Virus record (IMG/VR): IMGVR_UViG_3300008119_000006
Strand: one strand, 5' to 3'
DNA length: 64,000 nt
From: a virus
The stretch's first letter is position 1. Every line of letters begins with the position of its first letter. Below the pieces are notes generated by a model. That model saw only the letters and a program-made list of their open reading frames with translations. It was not told where the DNA came from and searched no databases. The translations under genes and the position numbers were made by a program. Positions 9,652 to 19,725 of the stretch are shown piece by piece.

Positions 9652-11277
9652 ATGGCAGCCTCAAATAAATTTTCTCTTTTTGGTTTTACAATTGCTCGAG
9701 CTAAGTCGGAAGACGAAGCTGGAGTCCAACAGTCGTTTTCGCCGCCAACCAATGATGATGGCGCACTTACGATTACATCGGCCGCTTATTATGGAACATA
9801 TGTTGACCTAGATGGCACCGCTAAAAATGAAGTTGAATTAATCTCACGTTACCGTGAAATGGCAATGCAGCCAGAAATTGAAGCCGCCATTGATGATATT
9901 GTTAATGAAGCTATTTGCCAAGACGATGATGGCAAAAATATCAAAATCATTATGGATGAATTGAAGCAACCAGAAAAAATTAAAAATGCCATTCGTGCTG
10001 AGTTTAATACTGTTCTTCGTATGTTAAATTACAAGAGCTTGGCACACGATATTTTCCGTAGATACTATGTTGATGGTAGAATGTTCTACCATGTTATTAT
10101 TGACCGTGAAAAACCAACAGAAGGTATTAAAGAACTCCGTTATATTGATCCACGTAAACTGCGCAAAGTACGTGAGATTAAAAAAAGAAAAGATGAGCGC
10201 ACTGGCGTGGAGGTGATGGATCTTGTTAACGAATATTATATCTTCAACGATAAGGTTACTACTGGTTCTTCTAGCAACTTTGGTCCTGTTGGTGTCCGTA
10301 TTACCACAGATTCCATTATCTCAGTTGTTTCTGGTCTCATGGATTCTCGCCGTGCCGTGGTATTGTCGTATCTACACAAAGCAATCAAGCCATTAAATCA
10401 GTTAAGGATGATTGAAGATGCGACTGTCATTTACCGTATTAGTCGTGCCCCTGAGCGCCGTATTTTCTATATTGACGTAGGCAATTTACCTAAGTTGAAG
10501 GCAGAACAATATCTGCGTGACATTATGGTAAAATACAAAAACAAACTTGTATACGATGCCAATACAGGTGAAGTCCGTGATGACCGTAAATTCTTGTCCA
10601 TGATGGAAGATTTCTGGTTGCCACGCCGTGAAGGCGGAAAAGGCACAGAGATTACTACACTACCTGGTGGTCAAAACCTAGGTGAGTTAGAAGATGTTAA
10701 GTATTTTGAAAAGAAACTATACAAGGCTTTAAATGTACCAGTTTCCCGTTTAAATCCAGAATTAAATGGTTTTTCACTTGGTCGTAGTAATGAAATTACC
10801 CGTGACGAACTAAAGTTTGCTAAATTTGTTGACCGTATGCGCAACAAGTTTTCTGATTTGTTTGAACAAGCACTCCGTGTTCAATGTGTATTAAAAGGTA
10901 TTTGTACTGCTGAAGAATGGGCAGAAATGAAGGAACATATTTACTATGACTTCATTAAAGATAATAACTTCTCTGAACTTAAAGAAGCTGAATTAATGAC
11001 TAACCGTTTACAGTTGTTGAGTTCTGTTGATCCATATACAGGTCGTTACTTCTCGCAGTCATGGATTCAACGCAATGTTCTTCGTTTATCTGATGATGAG
11101 ATTGAGATGATGGACAAAGAGATTAACCAAGAGAAGAAAGATGGTTTTGGATTGCCGGTTGCAGTCAGTAATGATATAGCACAACAGATGATGATGTCTG
11201 GAGTACCAGAACAACCAACCAATCCGGCTGATGTGCCTATTAAAGATGTAGGCAAAAAAGACCAACAAAAAGCATAG
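9652..11277 (+). CDS. gp20: portal vertex protein
   Basis: YREMAMQPE, LSYLHKAIKPLNQLRMIEDA, RAPERRIFYIDVGNLP, EDFWLPRREGGKGTEI. Confidence 0.98.
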   Translation: MAASNKFSLFGFTIARAKSEDEAGVQQSFSPPTNDDGALTITSAAYYGTYVDLDGTAKNEVELISRYREMAMQPEIEAAIDDIVNEAICQDDDGKNIKIIMDELKQPEKIKNAIRAEFNTVLRMLNYKSLAHDIFRRYYVDGRMFYHVIIDREKPTEGIKELRYIDPRKLRKVREIKKRKDERTGVEVMDLVNEYYIFNDKVTTGSSSNFGPVGVRITTDSIISVVSGLMDSRRAVVLSYLHKAIKPLNQLRMIEDATVIYRISRAPERRIFYIDVGNLPKLKAEQYLRDIMVKYKNKLVYDANTGEVRDDRKFLSMMEDFWLPRREGGKGTEITTLPGGQNLGELEDVKYFEKKLYKALNVPVSRLNPELNGFSLGRSNEITRDELKFAKFVDRMRNKFSDLFEQALRVQCVLKGICTAEEWAEMKEHIYYDFIKDNNFSELKEAELMTNRLQLLSSVDPYTGRYFSQSWIQRNVLRLSDDEIEMMDKEINQEKKDGFGLPVAVSNDIAQQMMMSGVPEQPTNPADVPIKDVGKKDQQKA

Positions 11278-11279
11278 TT

Positions 11280-11287
11280 GATAAATA
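11280..11287 (+). promoter_or_regulatory. T4-type late promoter (GATAAATA)
   Basis: nATAAATA before AAGGAG of the small core gene. Confidence 0.65.
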
Positions 11288-11313
11288 TATAATTGGTATA
11301 AGGAGATACAAAA

Positions 11314-11529
11314 ATGTCAGGATTTTCAACCCGCAATATCGTTGATTACGCAATGGATGCAGACGCAGTAAATTTTAGAAGCGAATTATATGGAGCAATT
11401 CACGATAAAGTAACTGCCCATATTGAAGCCGCTAAACAGGTTGTTGCACAAAATTTTATTACTCCTGAAACGGAAGAATCTGCTGAAGAAACAGTAGATT
11501 CAGAACAAGCTGAACAAAGCGAAGAATAG
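11314..11529 (+). CDS. prohead core protein, gp67-like
   Basis: Small, acidic C-terminus, immediately after portal as in T4. Confidence 0.65.
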   Translation: MSGFSTRNIVDYAMDADAVNFRSELYGAIHDKVTAHIEAAKQVVAQNFITPETEESAEETVDSEQAEQSEE

Positions 11530-11537
11530 GATAAAAA

Positions 11538-12056
11538 ATGGCCATCGCAAATAGCACACAAATACTTATTGATACAAATAAAAGAACCGTTATTAAGCGT
11601 GTTGGTATTATTGATTCTGATGAATTAGAAACTGTTATTATTGATCCTAGAACTTTGGCATATGCATTAAATGCCAACAACTTACCATATCAGACAGGCA
11701 ATACGGTTGCTACAGGATTTGCCAATTCAGCATTTACTATTTCAAGAGTTATCGCTTCTGTTGATGCTGAAGTTGGTCACTTACAGTTAAAATGGCAAGG
11801 CGCTCCTGGTGGCGGTGCAACAATTTACGCTTTAGGTGTTGGAAATGTTGATACCAATCCACAGTACCAGTTGCCAGCAATTACGAACAACACAGTTGCA
11901 CCTACAGGCAATGTGACGCTCAAATCGGTTGGTACAACCACCAATGCAGCTTACACAGTTATTATTGAGTTACATAAAAACGGTCAATTTTATAGTGCTG
12001 GTCAGTTCCAGGATCCAGCTGCGTTTAACTATCCTCCGTATGGCGTAACTCCATAA
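11538..12056 (+). CDS. hypothetical virion protein
   Basis: 172-aa T/N/G-rich beta-type ORF within the head module, with RBS. Confidence 0.6.
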   Translation: MAIANSTQILIDTNKRTVIKRVGIIDSDELETVIIDPRTLAYALNANNLPYQTGNTVATGFANSAFTISRVIASVDAEVGHLQLKWQGAPGGGATIYALGVGNVDTNPQYQLPAITNNTVAPTGNVTLKSVGTTTNAAYTVIIELHKNGQFYSAGQFQDPAAFNYPPYGVTP

Positions 12057-12057
12057 G

Positions 12058-12354
12058 ATGTTAACCTTTAAAGAGTTTTTGTTGTGTGAGGGTATAGTAC
12101 AAACCCGTAAGGTTGGTAGAAAAAAGATTGTTAGGACTCGTATAAGAAACGGTAAGGTACAAAGAAATAAAACCTTTTCTAATGCGCCAGGTTGGATAAT
12201 TCGTGGTGGTAAAATGGTTCGTATGTCGGCCCAGGAAGTTAGAAATAGACAATTAGGTAGTAGGACAGCAAAGTATAAAAGAGCAGCAAAATTAAAACAA
12301 ACAATTAGAAAAAGAAAAGTATCTTTAAAAAGAAGAGGATCATTAGGATTATGA
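12058..12354 (+). CDS. basic prohead core protein, gp68-like
   Basis: Very K/R-rich; N-terminal MLTFKEFLLCE; position just before the prohead protease. Confidence 0.7.
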   Translation: MLTFKEFLLCEGIVQTRKVGRKKIVRTRIRNGKVQRNKTFSNAPGWIIRGGKMVRMSAQEVRNRQLGSRTAKYKRAAKLKQTIRKRKVSLKRRGSLGL

Positions 12355-13004
12355 AACTAATCAAAGAGGTAAATGAGACCATCAGTTATGAGTACATTGA
12401 AGAAGCCGCTGGTAGTGGCAAAAAATCTTTATTCATTGAAGGTCCATTCTTAGTTTCCGAAAGAAAAAATAAGAACGGCCGCTTGTATGAATACAATACG
12501 ATGAAAAAAGAAGTTCATCGTTATACAGAAGAATACATTAATAAGAACCGTGCATTTGGTGAATTAGGTCATCCTGACTCTCCAACCATTAATTTGGACC
12601 GAGTGGCGATTCTTATCAAAGGTTTGAGAGAAGATGGCAACCAATGGATCGGTAAAGCCAAAGTTCTCGATACACCAATGGGAACCATTGCCCGTCAATT
12701 AATTGAGGGTGGTGCTCAGTTAGGTGTATCATCTAGAGGTATGGGTTCATTGAAAAACGTTAACGGGGTTAATGTTGTTCAAAACGATTTTTATCTAGCC
12801 ACAGCGGCTGATATTGTAGCAGACCCTTCTGCACCTGGTGCTTTTGTACAAGGTATCATGGAAGGTAAAGAGTGGATGTTGGTCAATGGTGTATGGACAG
12901 AGCAGGATCAATCTCAAGCGATACAACAAGTTCGCCAGGCCTCAAAGGCCGATATTGAGCGTGTAAGTCTACACATTTTTGAAAACTTCATGAAAAAACT
13001 TTAA
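12351..13004 (+). CDS. gp21: prohead core protease
   Basis: NKNGRLY, GELGHP, GVSSRGMGS, ADIVADPSAPGAFV. Confidence 0.97.
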   Translation: MKLIKEVNETISYEYIEEAAGSGKKSLFIEGPFLVSERKNKNGRLYEYNTMKKEVHRYTEEYINKNRAFGELGHPDSPTINLDRVAILIKGLREDGNQWIGKAKVLDTPMGTIARQLIEGGAQLGVSSRGMGSLKNVNGVNVVQNDFYLATAADIVADPSAPGAFVQGIMEGKEWMLVNGVWTEQDQSQAIQQVRQASKADIERVSLHIFENFMKKL

Positions 13005-13005
13005 A

Positions 13006-13013
13006 TATAAATA
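13006..13013 (+). promoter_or_regulatory. T4-type late promoter (TATAAATA)
   Basis: Perfect late consensus upstream of gp22. Confidence 0.8.
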
Positions 13014-13041
13014 TATCCAATAAATCAAGGAGATTTTCAAA

Positions 13042-14196
13042 ATGGGAAAATTAACAGACGCCGCTACCAACATTTTACTTGGTGAAGGTTCCAAAGAAAC
13101 GTTTGATTCAAACATTTCATCTAAATCAGGTGGCCAAGATAAGCCACAAAAGTTGCCAACATCCGTGGTCGCTGGCCAACAAGATGTTGGTGCAATTGGT
13201 GCTGTAACAGGAAAAGAAATGGATGCAAATCCAGATTATACAAAAGGTGTTCCATCAGCAACTCCTCCAGGTGCAACACCACCTGTAGGCGCACAGAAAG
13301 ACGGTGTTGGTATCTCTAAATCTACTGGTCCACAAGACAATATGGGTCGTAATGATTTGGATGCAGAACATTGCGAGCCTACAAGTTACGAAGCTATTCG
13401 TGACCGTATTGCTGGTAAATTGGCACCACAAATGATGCAAGCCAATCCAGGCGCCACATTCCAATCATACCACGAAGATATCGATGCCTTGATGCAAGGT
13501 GAAGAACTCTCTGAAGAATTCAAAAACAAAGCTGCCACAATTTTTGAAGCTGCTGTTGTTGCTCGTGCCACTCCAATCGTTGAAGAAATTCAAGCTGAGT
13601 TGATGGAGCAATTTGAAGTTGCTTTAGAAGAAGTTAAAGAAGAAATGGCCGCTAAGGTTGATGACTATCTCAACTACATGGTTGAGGAGTGGATGAATGA
13701 CAACGAACTCGCAATCGAAACTGGATTAAAAGCCGAAATTACGGAAGAATTCATTGAAGGTTTGCGTAACTTATTTGTCGAACATTACATCGATATTCCA
13801 GCCGAAAAGGTTGACATTGTTGAAGAAATGACTTCTAAGTTGGAAGAATTAGAAGATGCTTTGAATGAGCAAATCAACAAAGGTATCGAATTGTCCAAAG
13901 AATTAAACGAACAGAAAAAAATTGAGGCTATCTACACAGCGTGTGAAGGCCTGTCGCAGACACAAGTAGAAAAATTAAAAGCACTTGCAGAAGGTGTAGA
14001 ATTTACTACTGAAGAAGAATTTGCTGACAAACTATCCACTTTGAAAGAATCATATTTCAAGGCAGAAGTTAAAGTTGCTGATTCATCTGCTTTAGATGAT
14101 GAAGTTACCATTGAAGAAGAAGTTAAGAAAACCTCTTTTGCTGATCCTTCCATGGAACTTTATGCAAAAACCATTTCACAAACCCTGGTAAAATAA
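13042..14196 (+). CDS. gp22: prohead core scaffold protein
   Basis: LSEEFKNKAATIFEAAV, VDDYLNYMVEEWM, acidic coiled coil; between gp21 and gp23. Confidence 0.93.
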   Translation: MGKLTDAATNILLGEGSKETFDSNISSKSGGQDKPQKLPTSVVAGQQDVGAIGAVTGKEMDANPDYTKGVPSATPPGATPPVGAQKDGVGISKSTGPQDNMGRNDLDAEHCEPTSYEAIRDRIAGKLAPQMMQANPGATFQSYHEDIDALMQGEELSEEFKNKAATIFEAAVVARATPIVEEIQAELMEQFEVALEEVKEEMAAKVDDYLNYMVEEWMNDNELAIETGLKAEITEEFIEGLRNLFVEHYIDIPAEKVDIVEEMTSKLEELEDALNEQINKGIELSKELNEQKKIEAIYTACEGLSQTQVEKLKALAEGVEFTTEEEFADKLSTLKESYFKAEVKVADSSALDDEVTIEEEVKKTSFADPSMELYAKTISQTLVK

Positions 14197-14229
14197 TACC
14201 AAAAATATACAACATAAGGAAAACTACAA

Positions 14230-15561
14230 ATGTATATGACTGAAGAACTACAAAAGAAATGGAATCCAGTTCTAGAGCATCCAGAACTCGAAGCCATTAA
14301 AGACCCATACAAGAAAGCTGTTACAGCTCTTGTTTTGGAAAACCAACATCAAGCTATGGCTCAAGACCGTCAGCAGTTGAACGAATTAGCCGATAATGGT
14401 CCTACCAATATCGCTGGTGGTGTTCAAAACTTTGACCCAATCTTGATTTCATTAGTACGCCGTGCTTTGCCAAATCTAATCGCTTATGACGTTGCTGGTG
14501 TTCAGCCAATGACTGGTCCTACAGGTTTGATTTTTGCAATGCGTGCACGTTACAATGCTCAAACTGGTACATCGAATACTGAAGCTTTCTACAACGAGGC
14601 TAACACAGTATTCTCTGGTAATACATCTACCAACAACCCATACGGTTTCCAAGGTAACTTGGCATCTGATACATCTACACAGTTTCAGAATCCTACTTCT
14701 GGTACAACAACTTCTGGTATTCCTATTCCTACAGCACAAGCTGAAGTTTTAGGTTCCGATGTTGGTCAACCGTTCCAGCAGATGGCATTCACAATTGAGA
14801 AAGTTACTGTAACTGCTCAATCCCGTGCCTTGAAAGCTGAGTACTCACTCGAATTAGCACAAGACTTAAAAGCAATTCATGGTCTTGATGCTGAAACAGA
14901 ATTGTCAAACATTCTGTCTACCGAGATCCTTGCTGAAATCAACCGTGAAGTTATCCGTACAATCTACACCTGTGCTGTTGCTGGTGCTCAGTATGGTACA
15001 ACTCAAGCTGGTTATTTCGACTTAGATACCGATTCAAACGGTCGTTGGTCTGTTGAGCGTTTCAAAGGTTTGATTTTCCAAATCGAGCGTGACGCTAACG
15101 TAATTGCCAAGCAAACTCGTAGGGGTAAAGGTAACGTATTGATTGTTTCATCTGACGTAGCATCTGCAATGGCTATGGCTGGTGTTCTTTCTTACACTCC
15201 TGCTCTACAAGCTGACCTCCAAGTTGACGATACAGGCAATACATTTGCTGGTTTGTTACATGGTCGTATCAAGGTTTACATTGACCCATATTTTGGCGGA
15301 TACACAAGCAACCAAGAATTAGTCACCATCGGATACAAAGGTTCTTCACCTTACGATGCTGGTATTTTCTATTGCCCATACGTTCCTCTACAAATGGTTC
15401 GTGCAGTTGACCAGTTCACATTCCAACCAAAGATTGGATTCAAAACTCGTTACGGCATGGTAGCAAACCCATTTGCTCAAGGTCAAGATGCTGGTTTTGG
15501 ACGCTTGAATGCTCGTACAAACGTTTACTATCGTTTGTTTGGCGTCAAGAACTTGATGTAA
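14230..15561 (+). CDS. gp23: major capsid protein
   Basis: DPILISLVRR, GVQPMTGPTGLIFAMR, SRALKAEYSLELAQDLKAIHGLDAE, FQPKIGFKTRYG. Confidence 0.99.
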   Translation: MYMTEELQKKWNPVLEHPELEAIKDPYKKAVTALVLENQHQAMAQDRQQLNELADNGPTNIAGGVQNFDPILISLVRRALPNLIAYDVAGVQPMTGPTGLIFAMRARYNAQTGTSNTEAFYNEANTVFSGNTSTNNPYGFQGNLASDTSTQFQNPTSGTTTSGIPIPTAQAEVLGSDVGQPFQQMAFTIEKVTVTAQSRALKAEYSLELAQDLKAIHGLDAETELSNILSTEILAEINREVIRTIYTCAVAGAQYGTTQAGYFDLDTDSNGRWSVERFKGLIFQIERDANVIAKQTRRGKGNVLIVSSDVASAMAMAGVLSYTPALQADLQVDDTGNTFAGLLHGRIKVYIDPYFGGYTSNQELVTIGYKGSSPYDAGIFYCPYVPLQMVRAVDQFTFQPKIGFKTRYGMVANPFAQGQDAGFGRLNARTNVYYRLFGVKNLM

Positions 15562-15597
15562 TCCAAAAGAAAATAAATCACCTTAGAGTGATATTTC

Positions 15598-15626
15598 AAA
15601 GGCCACCTTCGGGTGGTCTTTTTTTT
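15598..15626 (+). terminator. rho-independent terminator after gp23
   Basis: AAAGGCCACC-TTCG-GGTGGTCTTT plus T run (UUCG tetraloop). Confidence 0.92.
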
Positions 15627-15630
15627 GGTT

Positions 15631-15638
15631 CATAAATA
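15631..15638 (+). promoter_or_regulatory. T4-type late promoter (CATAAATA)
   Basis: Between the terminator and the ATG at 15644, so the mRNA would be near-leaderless. Confidence 0.65.
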
Positions 15639-15643
15639 AACAT

Positions 15644-16174
15644 ATGAATGCACTCACAAGACAACCTCAAAATACTAACTATTTACAGCCAACAAAATTC
15701 TTGCTGGTCTTTAATAGGATGCCTACGGTACAATACTTCTGCCAATCGGTAAATATACCAGGGGTTTCACTAGGAGAGGCCCCATTGAACTTTCCAGGTA
15801 TAGATGTATACTCGCCTGGCAATAAGATGTCCTATAAGCCACTCACCATAAGTTTTGCTGTGGATGAGAAGTTACAGTCATGGCAAGAAATACACTCTTG
15901 GTTCCGTTCTATTGCGTCACCAGAGGGCACAGAAGAAAGAAACCGTCTTACCTCCTTACAAAATCCTAACAGTCCTAGAGGTAAAGCTGGTTTTTCTGAT
16001 GCTACTTTGACTGTACTTTCGGCATTAAATAATCCTATTATTCGTGTTCATTTTATCAACACCTTTCCAACAGACTTATCAGACATTCAGTTTGACACCA
16101 AAAGTTCCGCAGATGAGATTATTACTGCTGATGCCACCTTTAGGTTTGACTATTTTAATTTTGAATTGGCTTGA
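15644..16174 (+). CDS. gp3: tail completion/tube terminator protein gp3
   Basis: NYLQPTKF, YFCQSVNIPG, FAVDE, SDATLTVL, FPTDLS. Confidence 0.85.
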   Translation: MNALTRQPQNTNYLQPTKFLLVFNRMPTVQYFCQSVNIPGVSLGEAPLNFPGIDVYSPGNKMSYKPLTISFAVDEKLQSWQEIHSWFRSIASPEGTEERNRLTSLQNPNSPRGKAGFSDATLTVLSALNNPIIRVHFINTFPTDLSDIQFDTKSSADEIITADATFRFDYFNFELA

Positions 16175-16199
16175 CAACATAATGTATATGTGATATTAT
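16171..16199 (+). promoter_or_regulatory. sigma70-type promoter for uvsY-uvsW
   Basis: TTGACA-17 nt-TATTAT with TGn extended -10. Confidence 0.75.
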
Positions 16200-16229
16200 A
16201 CAGGTTTAGAATAACTTTTTTATTATATT

Positions 16230-16664
16230 ATGGAAAACTTAGAACAAGTATTAAAGCATTGGGAATCAGATTCAGATATGGACCAGACTGAACCTGGCAA
16301 AGAACTGTTAAAGATTCCAAAACTCCACAACAAATATCTCAGCATTCTCACCAAACACAAGATTGCCTCTAAAAAAGCACATTTTGATTACTTGCGTATG
16401 CGTAAGATTAAATGGGAATACTATACTGGCAAAATGTCACAAGATGAGCTTGCCGAATATGGTTGGGAACCTTTTCAGTTTACTCTCAAATCCGACATCA
16501 ATACATACTTAGAGGCTGATAGTGATTTGATTAAACTATTAGAAAAGAAAGTATATCATGAAGAAACCATTTCGGTAATTGAATCAATTATGAATGAATT
16601 GAAACAACGAACATGGCAATTGCGTGACTTTATATCATGGGAAAAATTCATTGGAGGACAATAA
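16230..16664 (+). CDS. uvsY: recombination mediator UvsY
   Basis: IPKLHNKYL, KWEYYTGK, YLEADSDL, RTWQLRDFISW. Confidence 0.92.
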   Translation: MENLEQVLKHWESDSDMDQTEPGKELLKIPKLHNKYLSILTKHKIASKKAHFDYLRMRKIKWEYYTGKMSQDELAEYGWEPFQFTLKSDINTYLEADSDLIKLLEKKVYHEETISVIESIMNELKQRTWQLRDFISWEKFIGGQ

Positions 16665-16840
16665 TGAATGATTATGATACTCACATAGAACATGGTGGTA
16701 AAAAATATCAATATGATCCAGACCATGATTGTTTTTATCCTGTAAATCCGCCAATGAGCACTTGGGACAAAATTAGTCCTTTAGTGGTAATTTTAATATT
16801 AGTGATATTGATAATAATAGTAGATTATGTAAAACAATGA
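16664..16840 (+). CDS. small membrane protein
   Basis: ATG overlapping the uvsY stop; C-terminal hydrophobic helix LVVILILVILIIIV. Confidence 0.6.
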   Translation: MNDYDTHIEHGGKKYQYDPDHDCFYPVNPPMSTWDKISPLVVILILVILIIIVDYVKQ

Positions 16841-18321
16841 ATCTTATTATTCATAAAAAAGATGAAGTATATGTAAAGATAATTTGCGAGAAACATATCG
16901 CTAGAGAGTTATCGGAGTTTTTCACATTTTTTGTTCCTGGTTACCAGTTTGTTCCGGCATATCGTAATCGAATTTGGGATGGAAAGATAAGACTTTTCAA
17001 TCTTCAAAGTTTTACTCTATATCGTGGTTTATTAAATTATGTAGAGCAGTTTTGTGAAGAAAGAGATTACACTTTTGAATATGAAGGTGGTGTAGATGTT
17101 GAAGATGAGTTTTCATTATATTATGCCAAAAAGTTTGCAGAAGATTTAAACATTCATTCTAATGGCAAATCAATCGAAGTAAGAGAACATCAGTTAAATG
17201 CCTTTGTTCATGCCATGCAAAAACGGCGAGCGTTATTGGTTTCACCAACGGCATCAGGCAAATCTCTTATCATCTACCTACTGTTTCAACAATTACACAA
17301 ATATCAAAATTTAAAAGGACTAGTTATTGTTCCAACCACTTCTTTGGTCGAACAGTTATACTCCGACTTTGGTGATTATAATGATGGTGAAATGACCAAT
17401 GTTCACCGTATTTACCAAGGTAAAGAAAAAGATTCAGATAAAGATTTAATTATTTCTACATGGCAATCATTATATAAGATGCCACCAGAATACTTCAAAC
17501 AGTTTGATTATGTGATTGGTGATGAGGCACATTTATTCAAAGCACAATCTCTCACCACAATTCTTACCTCCTGTGTTAATGCCAAATACCGGATTGGTCT
17601 TACGGGTACATTAGATGGCACTAAAACTCATAAACTGGTACTAGAAGGATTATTTGGTCCTGTAAGAAAGGTTATTACCACAAAAGAGCTGATTGATAAG
17701 GACCAACTGTCCAACTTTGAGATTAAATGTCTTGTATTAAAGCATACCGATGAAGAATGTTTGTTCGTAAAAGATAAAACTTATGCTGAAGAAATTCAGT
17801 ATCTCATTTCACATGAAACTCGTAATAAGTTCATTAAGAATCTTGCAGTTAGCTTAGGTAAAAATACACTCGTATTATATCAAATGGTTGACAAACATGG
17901 CAAAATACTGTATGATATGATAAAGGATACAGAGAAGATTGGCAACAGAAAAGTTTTCTTTATTCATGGTGGTGTAGATACAACAGACCGTGAAGATATT
18001 AGAAAGATTATGGAGATAGAAAACAATGCTATTATTGTGGCTTCTTTTGGGACTTTTAGTACTGGAATTAATATTAGGAATTTGCATAACATTATATTTG
18101 CAATGCCAACAAAATCGAGCATTCGAACTTTGCAAAGTATTGGACGAGGCTTACGACAGAATAAAGGCAAAGAAATAGCCACTCTATATGATATATCTGA
18201 TGACCTTAGACACAAAAAACACATGAATTACACACTTAAACATTTCGTGGAAAGAACAAAGATATATAATGAGGAGAAGTTCCCTTTTAAAATATACAAA
18301 ATAGGATTAAAAAATGCTTGA
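16837..18321 (+). CDS. uvsW: RNA-DNA helicase UvsW
   Basis: WDGKIRLF, SPTASGKS, DEAH, GLTGT, QSIGRGLR. Confidence 0.96.
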   Translation: MNLIIHKKDEVYVKIICEKHIARELSEFFTFFVPGYQFVPAYRNRIWDGKIRLFNLQSFTLYRGLLNYVEQFCEERDYTFEYEGGVDVEDEFSLYYAKKFAEDLNIHSNGKSIEVREHQLNAFVHAMQKRRALLVSPTASGKSLIIYLLFQQLHKYQNLKGLVIVPTTSLVEQLYSDFGDYNDGEMTNVHRIYQGKEKDSDKDLIISTWQSLYKMPPEYFKQFDYVIGDEAHLFKAQSLTTILTSCVNAKYRIGLTGTLDGTKTHKLVLEGLFGPVRKVITTKELIDKDQLSNFEIKCLVLKHTDEECLFVKDKTYAEEIQYLISHETRNKFIKNLAVSLGKNTLVLYQMVDKHGKILYDMIKDTEKIGNRKVFFIHGGVDTTDREDIRKIMEIENNAIIVASFGTFSTGINIRNLHNIIFAMPTKSSIRTLQSIGRGLRQNKGKEIATLYDISDDLRHKKHMNYTLKHFVERTKIYNEEKFPFKIYKIGLKNA

Positions 18322-18703
18322 GTATAAAACACAAATAATTAAACTACAAAATGGAACTGACTTGATTGCCAATGTGGCTTTGAATAGTGCCGAAGAATAT
18401 GTTTTAGAAGAACCAATGGAGTTCAATATTGATATTCGTGGTAGAGGAGAAACTGGTTTGGTAATGCGTCATTGGTTGCCAGTTCAATTATTAAAAAAGA
18501 ATTCAATCTCGATTAAAACCAAAGATGTTCTTTCTGTAATGGAACCTGAGGATGAATTCTGTGAATATTACCTTAACACAGTATATAAAATTAAAGAATT
18601 ATTAAAGGCAAAATCTCTTGTTGACGATATGGATGACGATGAGATACAGGATATGCTTGATGATTTTGAAGATTTAAGAAGTGATGGAGATACAATCCAT
18701 TAA
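18314..18703 (+). CDS. conserved T4-like hypothetical protein (Sm-like fold)
   Basis: IIKLQNGTDLIA...WLP pattern; usual position after uvsW. Confidence 0.6.
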   Translation: MLEYKTQIIKLQNGTDLIANVALNSAEEYVLEEPMEFNIDIRGRGETGLVMRHWLPVQLLKKNSISIKTKDVLSVMEPEDEFCEYYLNTVYKIKELLKAKSLVDDMDDDEIQDMLDDFEDLRSDGDTIH

Positions 18704-18727
18704 TACTTTCAACCAAGGACATACTCG

Positions 18728-18756
18728 ACTATACACACTTGTCAAGCATATGTCAA
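18728..18756 (-). promoter_or_regulatory. antisense sigma70-type promoter facing uvsW
   Basis: Minus strand TTGACA-17 nt-TATAGT; a second TTGACA lies in the spacer. Confidence 0.6.
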
Positions 18757-18774
18757 TAACATTATGTGGTAATT

Positions 18775-19725
18775 ATGATTTTAGTAACAGGTGGTGCCGG
18801 TTTCATAGGCAGTAATTTTTTATATCATTTGTATAATGAAAACCCTCATAGACAGGTAGTTTGTGTCGATAGTTTAACCTATGCGTCCAATCGAGATTAT
18901 ATTAAGCCTTTAATTGATTGTGGGTTTTTGATTTTTCTACAACACGATATTTCAAGCAAAAAAAATATAGAGTGGATATTCTCAGAGTTTGATCCTGAAT
19001 ATGTGGTAAACTTTGCAGCAGAATCTCACGTTGATAACTCTATACATAATTACCAACCTTTTATTCAAACTAATATCTTAGGTACCATTAATTTATTAGA
19101 GTGTTCTCTCAAGTTAAAGCAACTAAAGAAGTTTGTTCATATTTCCACAGATGAAGTGTATGGTAGTTTAGAATTAGATGATGAGAATAGTTTTACAGAG
19201 AATACTCCATATAAGCCAAACAGTCCTTACTCGGCATCTAAAGCTTGTAGTGACCATTGGGTGAGAGCATTTAATGTTACATACGGCTTGCCAACCGTCA
19301 TAACAAACTGTTCCAATAACTATGGACCGGCACAAAACAAAGAAAAATTAATACCAAAAATTATTAATAATGCTTTAAATGATATTGAAATACCAATTTA
19401 TGGTACTGGTGATAATATCAGAGATTGGTTATATGTTGATGACCATTGTAAGGCAATTAACTTAGTAATGAAAAATGGCCGTGTTGGTGAAACATACAAC
19501 ATTGGTGGTGGCACAGAAGGTTCAAATTTAAATTTGGCAAAGACTATATTAGATATTATGGGTAAACCTCATAACCTAATTTCTTTTGTTACTGACCGTT
19601 TAGGTCATGATAAACGATATTCAATTAATTATGACAAAATCAAAAATGAATTGGGATATACTCCGGATTATAGGTTGGAAAATGGATTAAGAATAACAAT
19701 AGATTGGGTAAAGAATGGCAACTAG
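18775..19725 (+). CDS. rfbB: dTDP-glucose 4,6-dehydratase
   Basis: GGAGFIG, FAAESHVDNSI, STDEVYG, YSASK, NCSNNYGP, RDWLYVDDH. Confidence 0.95.
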   Translation: MILVTGGAGFIGSNFLYHLYNENPHRQVVCVDSLTYASNRDYIKPLIDCGFLIFLQHDISSKKNIEWIFSEFDPEYVVNFAAESHVDNSIHNYQPFIQTNILGTINLLECSLKLKQLKKFVHISTDEVYGSLELDDENSFTENTPYKPNSPYSASKACSDHWVRAFNVTYGLPTVITNCSNNYGPAQNKEKLIPKIINNALNDIEIPIYGTGDNIRDWLYVDDHCKAINLVMKNGRVGETYNIGGGTEGSNLNLAKTILDIMGKPHNLISFVTDRLGHDKRYSINYDKIKNELGYTPDYRLENGLRITIDWVKNGN

